Assembly (NCBI GenBank): GCA_964019335.1
Contig: OZ025661.1
Location: 558,001 to 622,000 of the forward strand
DNA: 64,000 nucleotides
Source of the DNA: Diplonema japonicum
Lineage: Eukaryota; Protista; Euglenozoa: Diplonemea
Direction of reading: 5' to 3'
Below, in pieces: positions 1-12,600 of the stretch. The number at the start of each line of letters is the position of its first letter. The first letter of the stretch is position 1. Made by a program: the position numbers and the translations under genes. The notes under the pieces are model-generated. The model made no database searches and was not told the DNA's origin. It saw only the letters and a list, made by a program, of their open reading frames with translations.

Positions 1-1
1 G

Positions 2-1510
2 CTGCTGCAGTGGCCTGGTGTCGTTGACCTCGTTGACTACGATTCACGGTCGGCGCTGCACGTTGCGTGCGAGGAATGGATCGACTGCTTGAAGACCGGG
101 GCAGTGTCCCAATCGAAGAAGTGCACTGTACAGTTTCTCTTATTTAAAAAGGCGCACAGAGAACAGGTTGACAGATGGGGACTCCTCCCGAGGGAGATGG
201 TAGAGCAACGCATTTCAGAACTAAAATCAGAGATCACGGACTTGGAGGTATCTGGCGATGATGCCCGTGCTAAGCTGTCGGAGGTGGAGTCGCTGGAGGA
301 GTTGCAACTGATGCTTGCAACCGATTCCGCGGAGTTGGACAGCCCAGAGTTTTACATGCAGTCAAGTAGAAAGGAGTGCCCCCACTGCCGACAGTCTGTG
401 GACCGTAGAATAAGTGGTCAAGTAACCGTGACAGACCTAGGCGATGATGAAGGCATCAACAGCGAAGTAGCACCAATCCTACGCGATGAGCACGTGCTTG
501 CCGTCCAACTGCCGAAGTCCGTCTGCGACCAGGCCCTGAGTTATGCGTCGAGCAGCATGGGGCTCAAGCCTTTGATGCGTTTAGGTCTGAGCACCTACCA
601 GTATGCGACAATCAAGGACGACAGTGGGTTCACGCTCCTCCATGTCGCCTGCCTGCATGGCCGCCTTGACATCGTCACATGGCTCGTAGGAAGCGGTGGG
701 GTGAACCTACAGGCTACAGGCTTGTTGGCAACCACTGACAACTATGGGCACTCCCCTCTGTTCACAGCCATCACCGCTTGCCATCTGCAAGACACCATCG
801 CTAGGGTCCTCAGGCAGGCTTATCGTGAGTCCCACAATGACGAAGACTGGCCTGCTGATCCCAACCTGGGGTTTTTGTTGTGCTCAGCAGCGAAGGAGAA
901 TGACAAGCCGTTCCTAAACGCCTTGAGGGTATCAGGGTGCATGCTACACGATGCAGACTACGATGGGAGGACAGCACTGCACCTTGCTGTGTGCGAGCAG
1001 CACGTGGACCTTGTCGACTGGCTGATTGCAAACGACACGAAACACATGCAGCTGTTGGCGCGCGACAGGCGTGGGAACACACCAATCGATGACGCGCTAA
1101 TCATGAAAAAGTACTTCATGCGGAAGGTGAGGAACAGGGAGGTGCACACGAAGGAGGATGGCAAGAAAGCACGTGTCATCTACAGCAGGCTGCGTGCGGC
1201 CTGCCTGATGGTTCCATCGGCGGGCCCGAAGCGCTTGGTGGGGTTCGACACCGTGATCACGGCCTGTGACGACGCTGCGTCGCTGAAGGAGCGCTTTGAG
1301 GACCACCCATACCGAGGGCAGCATGCTGCCATCCCTAGCACTGTGGGGTCCTTCTGTGGCAACCAAGACCAAAACCTGCTGCAGCTCACCACCGATGAGC
1401 TCGAGACGTTAGTGCAGAGCTTAGTCCGCGCAGAGCTGCGGAAGTACGGCAAAAGCGGGGGTCTAGCTTCGGGAAGGAGCACACCAGCAACAGTATGCAT
1501 GTCGGAGTGA
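2..1510 (+). CDS. Ankyrin-repeat protein, 5'-partial
   Basis: The frame of ORF 89-1510 is open back to the window edge (LLQWPGVVDLVDYDSRSALHVAC). Ankyrin motifs: GFTLLHVAC, GHSPLFTAI, DYDGRTALHLAV, GNTPIDDA. Confidence 0.85.
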   Translation: MLQWPGVVDLVDYDSRSALHVACEEWIDCLKTGAVSQSKKCTVQFLLFKKAHREQVDRWGLLPREMVEQRISELKSEITDLEVSGDDARAKLSEVESLEELQLMLATDSAELDSPEFYMQSSRKECPHCRQSVDRRISGQVTVTDLGDDEGINSEVAPILRDEHVLAVQLPKSVCDQALSYASSSMGLKPLMRLGLSTYQYATIKDDSGFTLLHVACLHGRLDIVTWLVGSGGVNLQATGLLATTDNYGHSPLFTAITACHLQDTIARVLRQAYRESHNDEDWPADPNLGFLLCSAAKENDKPFLNALRVSGCMLHDADYDGRTALHLAVCEQHVDLVDWLIANDTKHMQLLARDRRGNTPIDDALIMKKYFMRKVRNREVHTKEDGKKARVIYSRLRAACLMVPSAGPKRLVGFDTVITACDDAASLKERFEDHPYRGQHAAIPSTVGSFCGNQDQNLLQLTTDELETLVQSLVRAELRKYGKSGGLASGRSTPATVCMSE

Positions 1511-2025
1511 CGAAGGGCGGCAAGTAAAGCTGTTTCTTTACATAAAAAATATTATTTTCATCTGTTCTTTTCTTTCCTCTGATTCCTTTCTTCGTTGCTT
1601 TTCTTTTCTTTTTTTGTTCCCATCCGTTTTCATTGGATGCCAGGGTGCTGTCGATGTGCTCCCCTTCCCTCCCGCCCGCTCCTGCTTGGCGTGCTGGGAT
1701 GCTTGAGTTGCTTCTCGAAACAAAACGTCCAACCCAAACGGCCTTTTCCAGGCCAGGCCCTCCACCGTGCGTGCTTGTGGTGTATTGTGATTCTTCCGTA
1801 TCCCTCTCTTCTGGTGCTTCCGAAACGCGCATGGCAGAAACATGTAACCTTAGCCCCCCCCCCCCCCCCCCCCCCCTCCCCCCCCCTCTTTTTTTATATA
1901 GAACAACATCTTTCACTTGCCGACACGACGCTGGCAGGCGATGAAGAGGCAGCACGTGAAAGTAATTTCCTTTACGAGACGTGGGTGTTGCCCAAGGACA
2001 CAATGTCCATCAAGAAGAGAATATG

Positions 2026-2072
<47 letters not shown>

Positions 2073-2365
2073 ATCGTTGGGTTTTTTGTCGCGAAAATGG
2101 AGCTATTTGTATCAACTTGAAAAAAGCGCACTGGTAAAAAAGGAGCGAAAAATCTTTTGGTGGCATAGCAGTGCTGTTTCATGAGAAAAAAAAGAGGAAA
2201 AAAGCACGTAACTGCGGGCCTGTACACCTATACAATTTTATGTTAAGACTTTTTTTTTATAAGTTTCTTACATCAGCTCCTGTCTCGTTAAGGGGTTAAT
2301 AAACTTATTTTCTGTGTTTTCTCTGCAACACTAGTTTATTTTTCTTTTTATACACAGGAACAACT

Positions 2366-4699
2366 ATGTTACGAAGAGGTGCTGTGCTGTTGGCGATCGC
2401 AGCCGTCGCCACGGGCCAAGGGCAGGGGGCGGTGCCTGTGACCAACGAGACCTACACCACTAGGGCGTGCCGTCCTGGCTTCGACCACTTCAGCTTCTGC
2501 AACACGAGCCTCTCGAGGGACGCCAGACTGGACTCACTTATCGAGCTGATCCACGAAGGGGAGTACACTTCCCGCATGACAGCACGCCCCGCACAGGCAT
2601 CAGGTGTCACGGGCAATATTAGCAGGCTTGGTCTCCCTGCTTACGACTGGGGCCTCAACTGCCTACACGGTGTGCAAGGGTCGTGCGTGAAGGATCTCGA
2701 AGGGAAGATCTACTGCCCCACGTCCTTCCCCAACCCCGTGAACTTGGGGGCCTCATGGAACTCGTCTATGTGGAAGACCATGGGCCATGTCATTGGGAAG
2801 GAGGTGAGGGCTTTGTGGCTTGCGGGCGGCACAGAGTACGCTAACGGCTCTGGCCGTCCTAGGATGGGACTCGACTGCTGGTCGCCAAACATCAACATCA
2901 ACCACGACCCCCGCTGGGGACGCAACCAGGAGGTGCCCTCAGAGGACCCCTTCGTGAACGGCCTGTACGGAGCCCAGGTGACAAGAGGACAGCAGTACAG
3001 CGAGGAGGACCCGCACCACGTCATGACCATCGTCACGCTGAAGCATTGGGACGCCTACACCCTTGAGGACTCCGATGGCTACACGAGGCACACCTTCAAC
3101 GCGGTGGTCGACAACACGACGTTTGCCGACACCTTCTTCCCTGCATGGAGGGCCTCTGTTAAGGATGCTGGTGCGCTAGGTGTGATGTGCTCCTACAACG
3201 AGGTGAACGGTGTGCCTTCGTGTGCGAATACCTTCTTGCAGAGCGTGCTGAGGGACACGTTTAACTTCAAGGGCTACGTCACTAGCGACAGTGGTGCTGT
3301 TGTGGACTTCTATGCCTACCACCATTGGGTGCAAACGAAAGCTGAGGCCGCGTGCCTGGCGATCAAGGCCGAGACCGACGTGGACAGTGGTGACGTGTAC
3401 TTCGACTCCCTGCTGGACGGCGTGAACCAGGGCCTGTGCACTTTGGACGATGTGAAGAAGTCGTTGAGGAACAGCCTTGGCGTGCAGTTCGACATGGGCC
3501 TGTTCGACCCTGTGGAGGAGCAGCCCTACTGGCACATGCCCCTCTCGACCATTGGTGCGCAGGCGCATATCGAAGCTTCCAAACTTGCGACACGAGAGGG
3601 CATGGTGTTGCTGAGGAACGAGGAGGTGCTCCCCCTCCCCAAGGGGAAGACCATCGCCCTCATCGGGCCGCACGTCAACACCACAAGGATGCTGGTGGGC
3701 AACTACTTCGGACAGATTTGTGCAGACAACACCTTCGACTGCGTCGAGACCATCTACCACGCGATGGGGAGGTACAACATGGGCGGAAACATAGTCTCTG
3801 CCGAGGGGTGCAACATCTCTGGGAACTCCACTGCTGGCTTTTCTGCTGCTCTGCAAGCAGTGGATCAGGCGGACATCGTAGTGCTTGCGATGGGCATAGA
3901 CCAAACTGTCGAGGCGGAGGCACACGACAGGACCGCCATCAGCCTTCCGGGTGTGCAGGCACAGCTCATTCAGCAAGTGGTGAGCAAGGGTAAGCCCACT
4001 GCCATGGTAATGCTAAACGGTGGGATGGTGTCACTGGGCGACTTGCGCAACAAGGTAGGTGCTTTGGTCGAGGCCTTCTACCCCAGTGTGTACGGCGGTG
4101 ATGCTATTGCAGCTACGCTCTTCGGCGATAACGAGAACTTGGGTGGTAAGATGCCGTACACAGTGTACCCTGCGGAGTACGTGAGCGAGATCAAGATGGA
4201 CGTGATGTCGATGAACGACCCGGCAACGCCTGGCAGGTCGTACAAGTATTACACAGGGGCTACGGAGTATGACTTCGGGTTCGGGCTGTCGCTCACTTCG
4301 TTCAAGTTGGAAGTTGTCGGCACTGTGCCCACTGCTGTGTCGTGTGAGGACACGGCAGGTGTGAAGATGCAGGTGAAGGTGACCAACACCGGGTCTGTGA
4401 CTGGTGACGAAGTGGTGATGCTTTACAGGAAGGCTGGACGGACAGGTGCTGGCTTGCCGCTTGTAAAAAAGATCATTGGTTTTGAGCGCGTGCACCTTGC
4501 CCCCTCTGCCAGCTCTGTTGTTGTGTTCACCGTTGTGCGCGATGACTTCGCCGACGTGGTCGTCTCAGGTGACCAGGTGTGCACCCCGCAGAGCGGCAAG
4601 TACAGCCTCCTCGTGACCAACGGGGGTGACCAGGTGCTCACCTTCCCCATCGCCACAACAGGCAGCATGGTGAAAACAAAAGTTTTCCCAGATGTGTGA
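2366..4699 (+). CDS. Secreted GH3 beta-xylosidase/beta-glucosidase with C-terminal Fn3-like domain
   Basis: Signal peptide; motifs WGRNQE, KHW, VMCSYN, nucleophile VTSDSG, EAEAHDR, FGFGLS, GDEVV and FERV. Intronless, 777 aa. Confidence 0.93.
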   Translation: MLRRGAVLLAIAAVATGQGQGAVPVTNETYTTRACRPGFDHFSFCNTSLSRDARLDSLIELIHEGEYTSRMTARPAQASGVTGNISRLGLPAYDWGLNCLHGVQGSCVKDLEGKIYCPTSFPNPVNLGASWNSSMWKTMGHVIGKEVRALWLAGGTEYANGSGRPRMGLDCWSPNININHDPRWGRNQEVPSEDPFVNGLYGAQVTRGQQYSEEDPHHVMTIVTLKHWDAYTLEDSDGYTRHTFNAVVDNTTFADTFFPAWRASVKDAGALGVMCSYNEVNGVPSCANTFLQSVLRDTFNFKGYVTSDSGAVVDFYAYHHWVQTKAEAACLAIKAETDVDSGDVYFDSLLDGVNQGLCTLDDVKKSLRNSLGVQFDMGLFDPVEEQPYWHMPLSTIGAQAHIEASKLATREGMVLLRNEEVLPLPKGKTIALIGPHVNTTRMLVGNYFGQICADNTFDCVETIYHAMGRYNMGGNIVSAEGCNISGNSTAGFSAALQAVDQADIVVLAMGIDQTVEAEAHDRTAISLPGVQAQLIQQVVSKGKPTAMVMLNGGMVSLGDLRNKVGALVEAFYPSVYGGDAIAATLFGDNENLGGKMPYTVYPAEYVSEIKMDVMSMNDPATPGRSYKYYTGATEYDFGFGLSLTSFKLEVVGTVPTAVSCEDTAGVKMQVKVTNTGSVTGDEVVMLYRKAGRTGAGLPLVKKIIGFERVHLAPSASSVVVFTVVRDDFADVVVSGDQVCTPQSGKYSLLVTNGGDQVLTFPIATTGSMVKTKVFPDV

Positions 4700-4778
4700 T
4701 GTTTTAAGCGAACCAACGATTCGACTTCATCCTTCAGACACGTTAAAAAGAAAAAGAAGAAAAAAAAAAATATAAACA

Positions 4779-5450
4779 TACTGTAAAACGAAAAACTCCC
4801 GGACGGAAAAATGTCCGAGTTTTTTTGGCGGGAATTTTTCCGTCCGGGAATTTTTTTTAGGTAAGGCCGTCAGGGGGCCTGGTCCGCTACCACCTACATA
4901 CTGGCCTGGGCCGCAAACGGCAACCGCGCGAAGAAACCCCAGGGTTCCCTTTCTGCATCTTTGTCCTCCCTTGCTGCCCCTGAGGCAATCAGCTTGTCGA
5001 GCCTTCGTGTGGCCCACTATTTATAACCTTAATAGATGCTTTACAGCTGCGTTCAACCCAATATCCATCGGTTGAACCATGTAGGTGAGCCCAGGGGGAC
5101 AAAAGCAATGTGCACGTTTGCGCCTGCGAACCACTCTACGAACCCATAGGCATAGGTCGTGTGAGAGTTGTGGTCGCCGACAAGTAGCAGAATTGGCCCG
5201 TTCGGCAAAACCATGGGAATCGATGATTTATAGCAAAAAGGAAGAAACAGCTCCGTAACCCAGATACCGAGTATCATAATTAGCCCAATGATTGGGCGAT
5301 GCCGTTAGGCTCCATTCGGTGGGCAGGTGCACGGATAATCCCTGCCGGTTGCGTTCCCGCTTTGCCTTTGTATTTAAGTTGCGGATGCAACTCATCCAGC
5401 CAAGGAAACAGCCAGCTGTTCGGTTATAGCCCATTTATAGAAAAAACCCC
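4779..5450 (-). mobile_element. Degenerate pogo/Tc1-mariner (DDE_1) transposon with terminal inverted repeat
   Basis: The minus strand encodes ILLLVGDHNSH...VHIAFVP and, after a frameshift, LTYMVQPMDIGLN (DDE_1 motifs). The terminus TA-CTGTAAAA at 4779 with an internal hairpin is shared with 37260 and 41348-41438. Confidence 0.7.
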
Positions 5451-5949
5451 CGCGACAGAGCGGATGTACTCTCTCACCACCTACCTACCTACCAGCAAAC
5501 GTTAGCATCATTCCGATTGATAAAGGCAATCACTACGCAGTGCTTGCAGTTGAGTGGAAGTATTGTTGATGTTTATTGTTGTGCCGCCTTAACACCGTAT
5601 CACAGGAGGGGGGCTCTTCATGCGATGCGGCACGATTACTGTCAGCTGTCGACCCGTCAGATGTGATCCAGCAGCAGTTTCCATTTGCCGCGGATTTGCC
5701 GTCTTTCATGCTGAAGACTTGAGGTTAGCAGTATCCCCACGCCCTTCAACTCGTGGAAGAGCTGAACACCGTTATACCAGTTGTCGATATACAAATCATA
5801 ACCTTTGTTCTCGTACCTTTGTTCTCCTATGTGGAGAAGAGCCTTCCCACAACAGTCTTTGGTGTTTCCCCGTAGGTGTCGACCCCACCATCATGTCAGG
5901 GCAGTATCCCGTGCTGCTTTCGTTGAGAATAACACCCCATTGATTACGT

Positions 5950-6629
5950 TCGTCGGGACAAACTGACGGAGGGTCCACTGACAAGTTTTGTTCAGGGGTC
6001 AGAACCTTCACCCATTTCCCTTTCACGAGATCGATGAACGGGCGGATCAGACGCAGCTTGTCGGTTTCTCTGGCAGCAGGATTGGCAAGGTGCAGATACC
6101 GCAGGATCACGTTGAACCGGTTCTTCGACATTTCCGACCAATAGTCGGTCAAATCCCCCTTAATAGAGGCTGCTTCTTCCCCTTCCTCCTCCTCTTCCTC
6201 TTCCTCCTGTTCTTCATCATACTCCTTGTCAAAATCGAAATAGAGATTCACCAGACTCCTCGTCAGATACGGGTGCCTCGTCACCGGCAAACAGGTGGAG
6301 GCTGGGGACTGTCCCATACGTTCGTTGTGTGCTGGCTTGTTGATTTTGATGACCTGCGAGTGACTCAAAAAGAAATTCATAGGGAAAAAGTCAAGAGAAA
6401 ATCAGGAAAATACCCATATTTTGGGTGTCACCCAGTGTCTCGGTACCCCGTTCTAGGTTGAAGCTATGAAGTTTCAGATGGATACAAATAGCGCATTTAA
6501 CGCAGATTTTCCAAATCTTTCCATTTTTTTTTTCATGGAAACCGGTCCAAGACTCAGGTTTGGATCGACACAGGGAACAACACCCCCATTAACGACTCAT
6601 ATATGAGTCGTTGGGCGGACAAGGGTTAA
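5950..6629 (-). mobile_element. piggyBac transposon relic (5' end plus transposase fragment)
   Basis: MSKNRFNVILRYLHL...DKLRLIRPFID...PEQNLSVD is typical of piggyBac. The end reads TTAA-CCCTTG on the minus strand (TTAA 6626-6629), with a 22-bp subterminal palindrome at 6591-6612. Confidence 0.8.
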
Positions 6630-6693
6630 CTAAAGCATTTTATTTTTTACAATTCAGAAAGCTGCAATTCCACCTCAGGACTTAAACAAACCG

Positions 6694-9600
6694 ATGACAT
6701 CAACACCTTCGACCAGTAATGCCGTCGAGGCAGACACTGAGAGCTGGTGCACAAGCATGTCACCTGGCAACATGTCTGCCCCACGACGCCCTGTGCTGCA
6801 GGTGCTCAAAGATGCTTTGAAACACTCGAAAAAAGGCGAGCTTTCGGGAGAGATTCTGGAGGAGTTGCAAGAGATGGAGGCTATCGTGGAGGCAGACGGG
6901 TACGGGAGTGAGGCGGCCCTCCAAGCTGCGCGCAACGTGCAGAAGTGCACCAACAGGAAGGAAGACACGGACCACATTCATGAAAGCCTGAAGACCCTTC
7001 TTGTCAGGTGCAGCCCTACGACATTGCACAAATGACAGAGGTGTTCAAACAGTCGCAAGGAAGCATCACTGCCGTGAAGGGGAAACACGTGCTTGTGTTG
7101 GCAGGGCTCACTGGCGTGGGGAAGACCACCGCCCTGCACTTCCTTGGAGGCTCGCAGCTGGAGAAGGACGCGTACGACGAGTTCACAGTGAAGAGAGCAG
7201 CACCTGGGATGGAGACCTGTGCCATCGGGAATACAACAAACAGCAGCACCAGCTTCTTACAATTCGCCCCCTGCCCTGGGGACCCGTCGGTTGCGCTGCT
7301 CGACACCGTTGGGTGGGATGACACACGTGGACCTGAGTTCGCGGCGGCCTGCAACGCTGTGTTGGGGGCGGCCCTTCGTGAGTGTGCAAGCGTGCGCCTC
7401 TTCGTGCTGATGGAATCAAACCTCAAGAAACAGAGGGGTGAAGCTCTTAAAAAGACAATCCAAGAGTTGTGCGCCCTTGTGGACCCTTCACACCTGGATG
7501 AGATCCTCCAAAGCACCACCTTCGGTCTCACCATGGGTGAGAAACTGAACTACTTGGCTGAAGGCAGGGTACTACACCATGTGCTTGATGGCGAGCAGTC
7601 GGGCAACATGGAGGTGAAACTGTACCGCGCTTTGCAACAGCAGCTGACATTGCCGCATGTGGAGCAGCTGCAAAAGAAGGCAACTGAAGAGGAAAAACAA
7701 AAAGCAGTGAGGACAGGGACTGTGCACTTCGTGGGAGAGGGGAACGAGATGCAGATGGGGTACGCCACTCCTTACGGGAGGTACGTGTCGAGTGTGGTTG
7801 ACGAGGAGCTGCGTGAGGCCGTTGCGACAGACTACTTCGAAGATGGAAAGGACACAGTGGATGATGGGGAGCTGTACAGGGTGCTGATGGACATCGAGAA
7901 GAAGGCAGAGGTGGACACGAACATCCGCAACAACCCGAAGCGACACTTCCTGAGCACGATGGCGCAATGCGTCCAACCCATTGTTGATGGCTGCAGCAGG
8001 ACCTCATCGGAGGTTCTGGGGGCGGTCCTGGCGAGGCCTCCTGTGGACTCTCCTTCGAAGGCCTTCCGCTCCTCTCCATCTGGAGAGACCTTGAGGAACC
8101 TGGAACACCAGCTTCTGGTGTTCCAGGTTCCTCAAGGTCTCTCCAGTGACACTGAGGCTTCTTCGGAAGGGGAACCACGAGCGTGCAGCTTGCAATCTCA
8201 ATAGAGTGCAAGATATGCGTAGCCTGTTCGACCAAGGGACACTCGGGGACACCGTGAAGGAGTGCGAGCAGGAGGTGGAGCGTGAGGTGGGGAGGCACCT
8301 GAAGGATGTGGAGGCACGACATGGACTCCTTCTTCGCACTGCACAGCCCTTTCAATATAACGGCGGACAAGATTTCTACAAGGGAGGAGGTGGCTGCGAT
8401 GCAGCAGCACTTCGGGACACTCTTCCCCAAGCTTGGGTGGGAAGAGGTTGATGTGGAGCAGCGGGTGGAGCAGTTCTTAAAGGAAGCCAGCAGTACCGGG
8501 AAGCCGGAGGCAGTGAAAGAGGCAGTCCGGAAGTGCAGGGAACTCATGGAGGCAGGGTGTCTTACCGTGGCTGGGTCCCTGACGAAGGCACACAAGGAGC
8601 TTGCGGAAAATTTCACAATTTCACATGAGTCAGCTGTGGCGGAGGCAGTGAAGGGGGATGACGTGAAGAAGATGGTCGGGTTTCTTACAAATTGTTCAAA
8701 CACGGCTTCCAGTCTTGGAGGTGAGGGGGGCCCAAACTACGACTGTGACTACAGCGTGGCAGCGGAGGAAGTGAGGGAAGGGCTGGAGAGTAGGCTGGAG
8801 ACGGCACAGGAGGCAGTGCCGCTGCTTCCAAATGACTGCGACAGTTTGAAGAAGCATCTTGAGTTCCTGATGCAGGTGGTGAAGAGCAGCAGCAGGCTTG
8901 AGTCCCTTGGGGTGAAGGTGGACTGGCTTGAAGGGCCTGGACGAGGTGGCGGGGCTCATTGAAGGACAGTTCAAGAAGGCGATGGGGACGGCAAGCGAGG
9001 CGGATGTGAAGGTGTACCTCTCTGTTGGGAAGGTTCTTAAGAGGCAGTGGGAGGAAGGGTACGACTCCAAGATGGACGAGAACTGTGCAGAGCTTGAGGG
9101 CGCTGCGCTGGAGTTCTTGGAAGGGTCAGAACACAAGCTCATGCGCCTCGTACAGGGTTTTAATAAACAAAAGCGGAAGGGGTTTGCCTTCGACACTCAA
9201 CTGTCTGAGAGCTACCTGTGGAGCGAGAAGGTGCGGAAGGGCACAAACAAGGAGAAGCACCTTGCAAGCCTACAAGATCTTCACCGACACCTCAGGCAAC
9301 CCCTCCCACAGACGGCGGCGGCAGTGGAGAGGTGCATCACGGCACACATGGAGGCACTGCTCACTCGCTGTGACGAGATCGAGAAACTGATCGAGGGAGC
9401 ACCTGGACAGGTGAGGCGGCTGGAATGGCTGAGGGCGAAGTACATTGCGGCTGACCCGAGGCTGAGCTTGCTGCAGGATCATGGGGCACTGCATGAGGCT
9501 ACAGTGGACAACACAGCTGGGGCAGAAGCTGTGGTGCGTGACAAGCTGAACACGGAGAAGAACAAGCTGACAAAGGAGGAAGCAGAGTTGAAGAAGCTGT

Positions 9601-12600
9601 TGGTGGAGTTAGGTATAAAGATAAGAAGCCGAGGAGACCTTCTGATAGAACACAAGTGGACTGATGAGGAGGGTGCAAAGGAACACAAGGAAGAATTGGA
9701 GATGAACGAAACACATGAAGAAGCGGAACTTTCCAAACTTTGTACCTTGCAGAGACAGTTCAAGGAAGCACAAGAGAACAACCGGAAGAGAACCTTTGGA
9801 GGCTTTTCGACCCTTAGTGAACTGGAGACTGCCATAGACGACAAGAACGAGACAGTGAAAAGATGTAAACAAGCAAATTTTCGATGCCAAGAGGTGCTCG
9901 ACAGACTTCAAAAAATCAACACAATCCCTGAAGGTGCTGATGATTCGTTTGCCGAAATGGAATTGCAGGAAGTGAAGATGAAACTAGAAGAAACCGTGAA
10001 AGGTTTGCGAGAGAAGACAAAGGGACTCGACGAGAAGCTGTCTCTGCTGTGCGCGAACAAGCCTGTGTCAGAGGCTCTTCAGGTGCTACAGGATGAACGC
10101 ATCGCAACAGCAAAGGATTTAGAGATAGATCTTAAGGAGAAAAAAAGGCAAGTTCCGCGTGAAGAATCGAGGAAAGAGGAGCTGAGACAGCTGGCACCAC
10201 ACCTGCAATACTTGGAAGACGTTGTAGAAGCTGGTGTTGACTGTGAACGTGCTGTGATGCTGCGAAACTCGCTGGTGACGAACGTGAAGGATGCTGCGAT
10301 CAAGAAGGAAGAGAAGGCAGTGGACGGGGTAAAGGAAGTACGCAACATGGGCATGGAGGAGTGGGACCAGCAGGCACTCGATTCAATCGTTAGAAACGTG
10401 GACGATATGTTCAAGTACCTTGGTACATTGCCCTCCGAGTACAAGAATCACGTGAGAACCCCTTCTTTGCTCCTTGAGTCCCTTGCTGAGCTGCACGAAT
10501 TCCTGCGGTGGAACATGCCCAAAGATGATGAAGCAACCTTTGCACGCTACTGCTATGTGGCAAGTCGGTTCTCGTTGCTTGGCTCCGCAACGCAGCAACC
10601 GTTCACAGACATTTGCAAGACTCACGACACTGAGCTGCAGTCGATTCTGAAATACGAAACCCCCAGTGTGGTGGACGACATGGAGCTCTTCAGGGCGAAG
10701 GAGAAGCTGGAGCTGTACAGCAAGCTTGGGAAGGCATGGGATGCACACTCACGGGGCAATGCATTGCAGAAAACTATGCTTCGAAGCCTCACCGGGCAGA
10801 TCGAGAGACGCTGCACTGCAATTAACTCCAAGAAAATTGAAGATGTGCACGACATGTGGAGAGAAGGAAGTAAGCAGATGCTCCTTGTGAAACGGGCAGA
10901 AGATGTTCTGACAAAGGGAGAACAAAAACAGTTACAAGAGAAATGCGATTCTTTGCAGAAGCGGCTCTCCTCCAAGTTCAAAGATACGCTGAACCAACTG
11001 CGCACGTCAAATGAAAGCTGCATGAATGTCAAGGACAAGCTGGATACGTTTGAGGAGTTCTATGACTTCATGACACCAGAGGTGGCGGAGGAGTTTACGA
11101 GGCTGCAGGATGAGCAGCTCCACGAGGCGAACACCACACTTGATATGTTGAAGGAGAATGGCCCTCAAGATTGGAACGAAATGCTTTGGCAGGACCTGAA
11201 GAAGGCGGAAGAGGAGAAAAACCTACCACGCAGCATGGTGCGGCAGATCACCGAAAACGTGAATAGAGCTTTCACGGCCGAGCTTGAGAAGGGGACACCG
11301 CTTGATAACTTTCGGAAGGTGAACACAAAGCTGCGAAAGATGAAGACGTTTGAACCTGTTGTCGATGAACTGGATGCACGAGTTAACGAGGTCAGCAGCA
11401 GGCGCGACAAGGAGAACTTAGATACCCGTTCTCGGGTGGAGCAAGCTGTGAAGTTGGGCAGCTTCGAAGGGCTGGAAAGCGATATGTCGGAAAGTACGTT
11501 CAGCGAACTGAAAAGACAGCTGAGAGTCGAGAATATCGAGGAAAAGATCATCTCACATAAGCTTGAGGCCAGACATGTGCTTCTCGTGCTGCACTGCGAA
11601 AGATATGCAATTAGGGCAGATTGTGCCCCCCCACGAGAATTCGCTAGTCTTGAAGCACAATGCAAACGAGACTTCAGTCGTAAGTTGAAACAAAACTGGA
11701 ACGACTTCGTTTTTTGGGTGAAGTTCCTGGGGTCACGGTGCGACCAGGAGCTCGTGGCACAGTTCCTCAAGAGGTGTGGCTTGGAAAGAACACTCGAACA
11801 GCTCCTGAGCACCTTCAAAGAAATGGAGAAGACGATGTGCACGGTGCTTGGAAGCGACAGCCTGGAAGAAGTGGAGGGGGTGGCGGAGGAGTGGAAGAGG
11901 TCCTTTGCAGTCCTTGCGGCTGGATGGGTGGAAAAGATGCGTCCCTTGCTGGCCTCACTGCAGGGTGATGATAATTCGTGCTTGGCAACACTCAGGAATG
12001 TGGACGAGCAGGTACCTGACTGGGAGGGGTGGCGGAAGAAGGTGTCAGACCGAGTGGACAGGCACCTTGCATCACTGACGGAGAAGGGGAAGGAGCTGGC
12101 AAAGCCATCGATGGAAACACAGGACTCTGTGGCCCGGAAGGACTTCTACGTAAAGCTCACGAAAGACATCAAGGCACTGGAGTCTTTCACAGCAGCAGGC
12201 GCGAGGGCGGTGGGACACAAGCTTGTCCCAGATGTTCAAGCGCAGCTGATGGTGGCCTTTTCAGACCTCCACTCCTCGGTGAAGCGGGCAGTGGAGAGTG
12301 AGGACTGGGTACTGGTGAATCAAGTTGTTGGGAACTTGGAGAGCCTGCGGAGCTGCCCTGCGAAGCGTGTGTCTGATGTTGCTTGTTCTGAGCATGCCAA
12401 GGTTGTGAGGCTTCTGGAGGTGACGATGCGGAAGTACAAGAACCTGGAGGGGACTGACAGGGTGGAATGCCTTGTAAAGCTGTATCAGATGGCAGATGGT
12501 GTTGAGGTGATACGAGAGATGGCGACAAAGGCCATCTCAACAATCTTGACGAAGTTCACAAAAGACAAAGGCCCGAAGAAGCTATCTGAGTTTGCTGAGG

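Noticed and set aside
1520-2300. Poly-K/F/P ORFs here and at 15.5-15.9, 26.7-27.3, 39.7-40.2, 54.4-55.4 and 59.9-60.4 kb
   Set aside because: These are translations of homopolymer-rich intergenic DNA.
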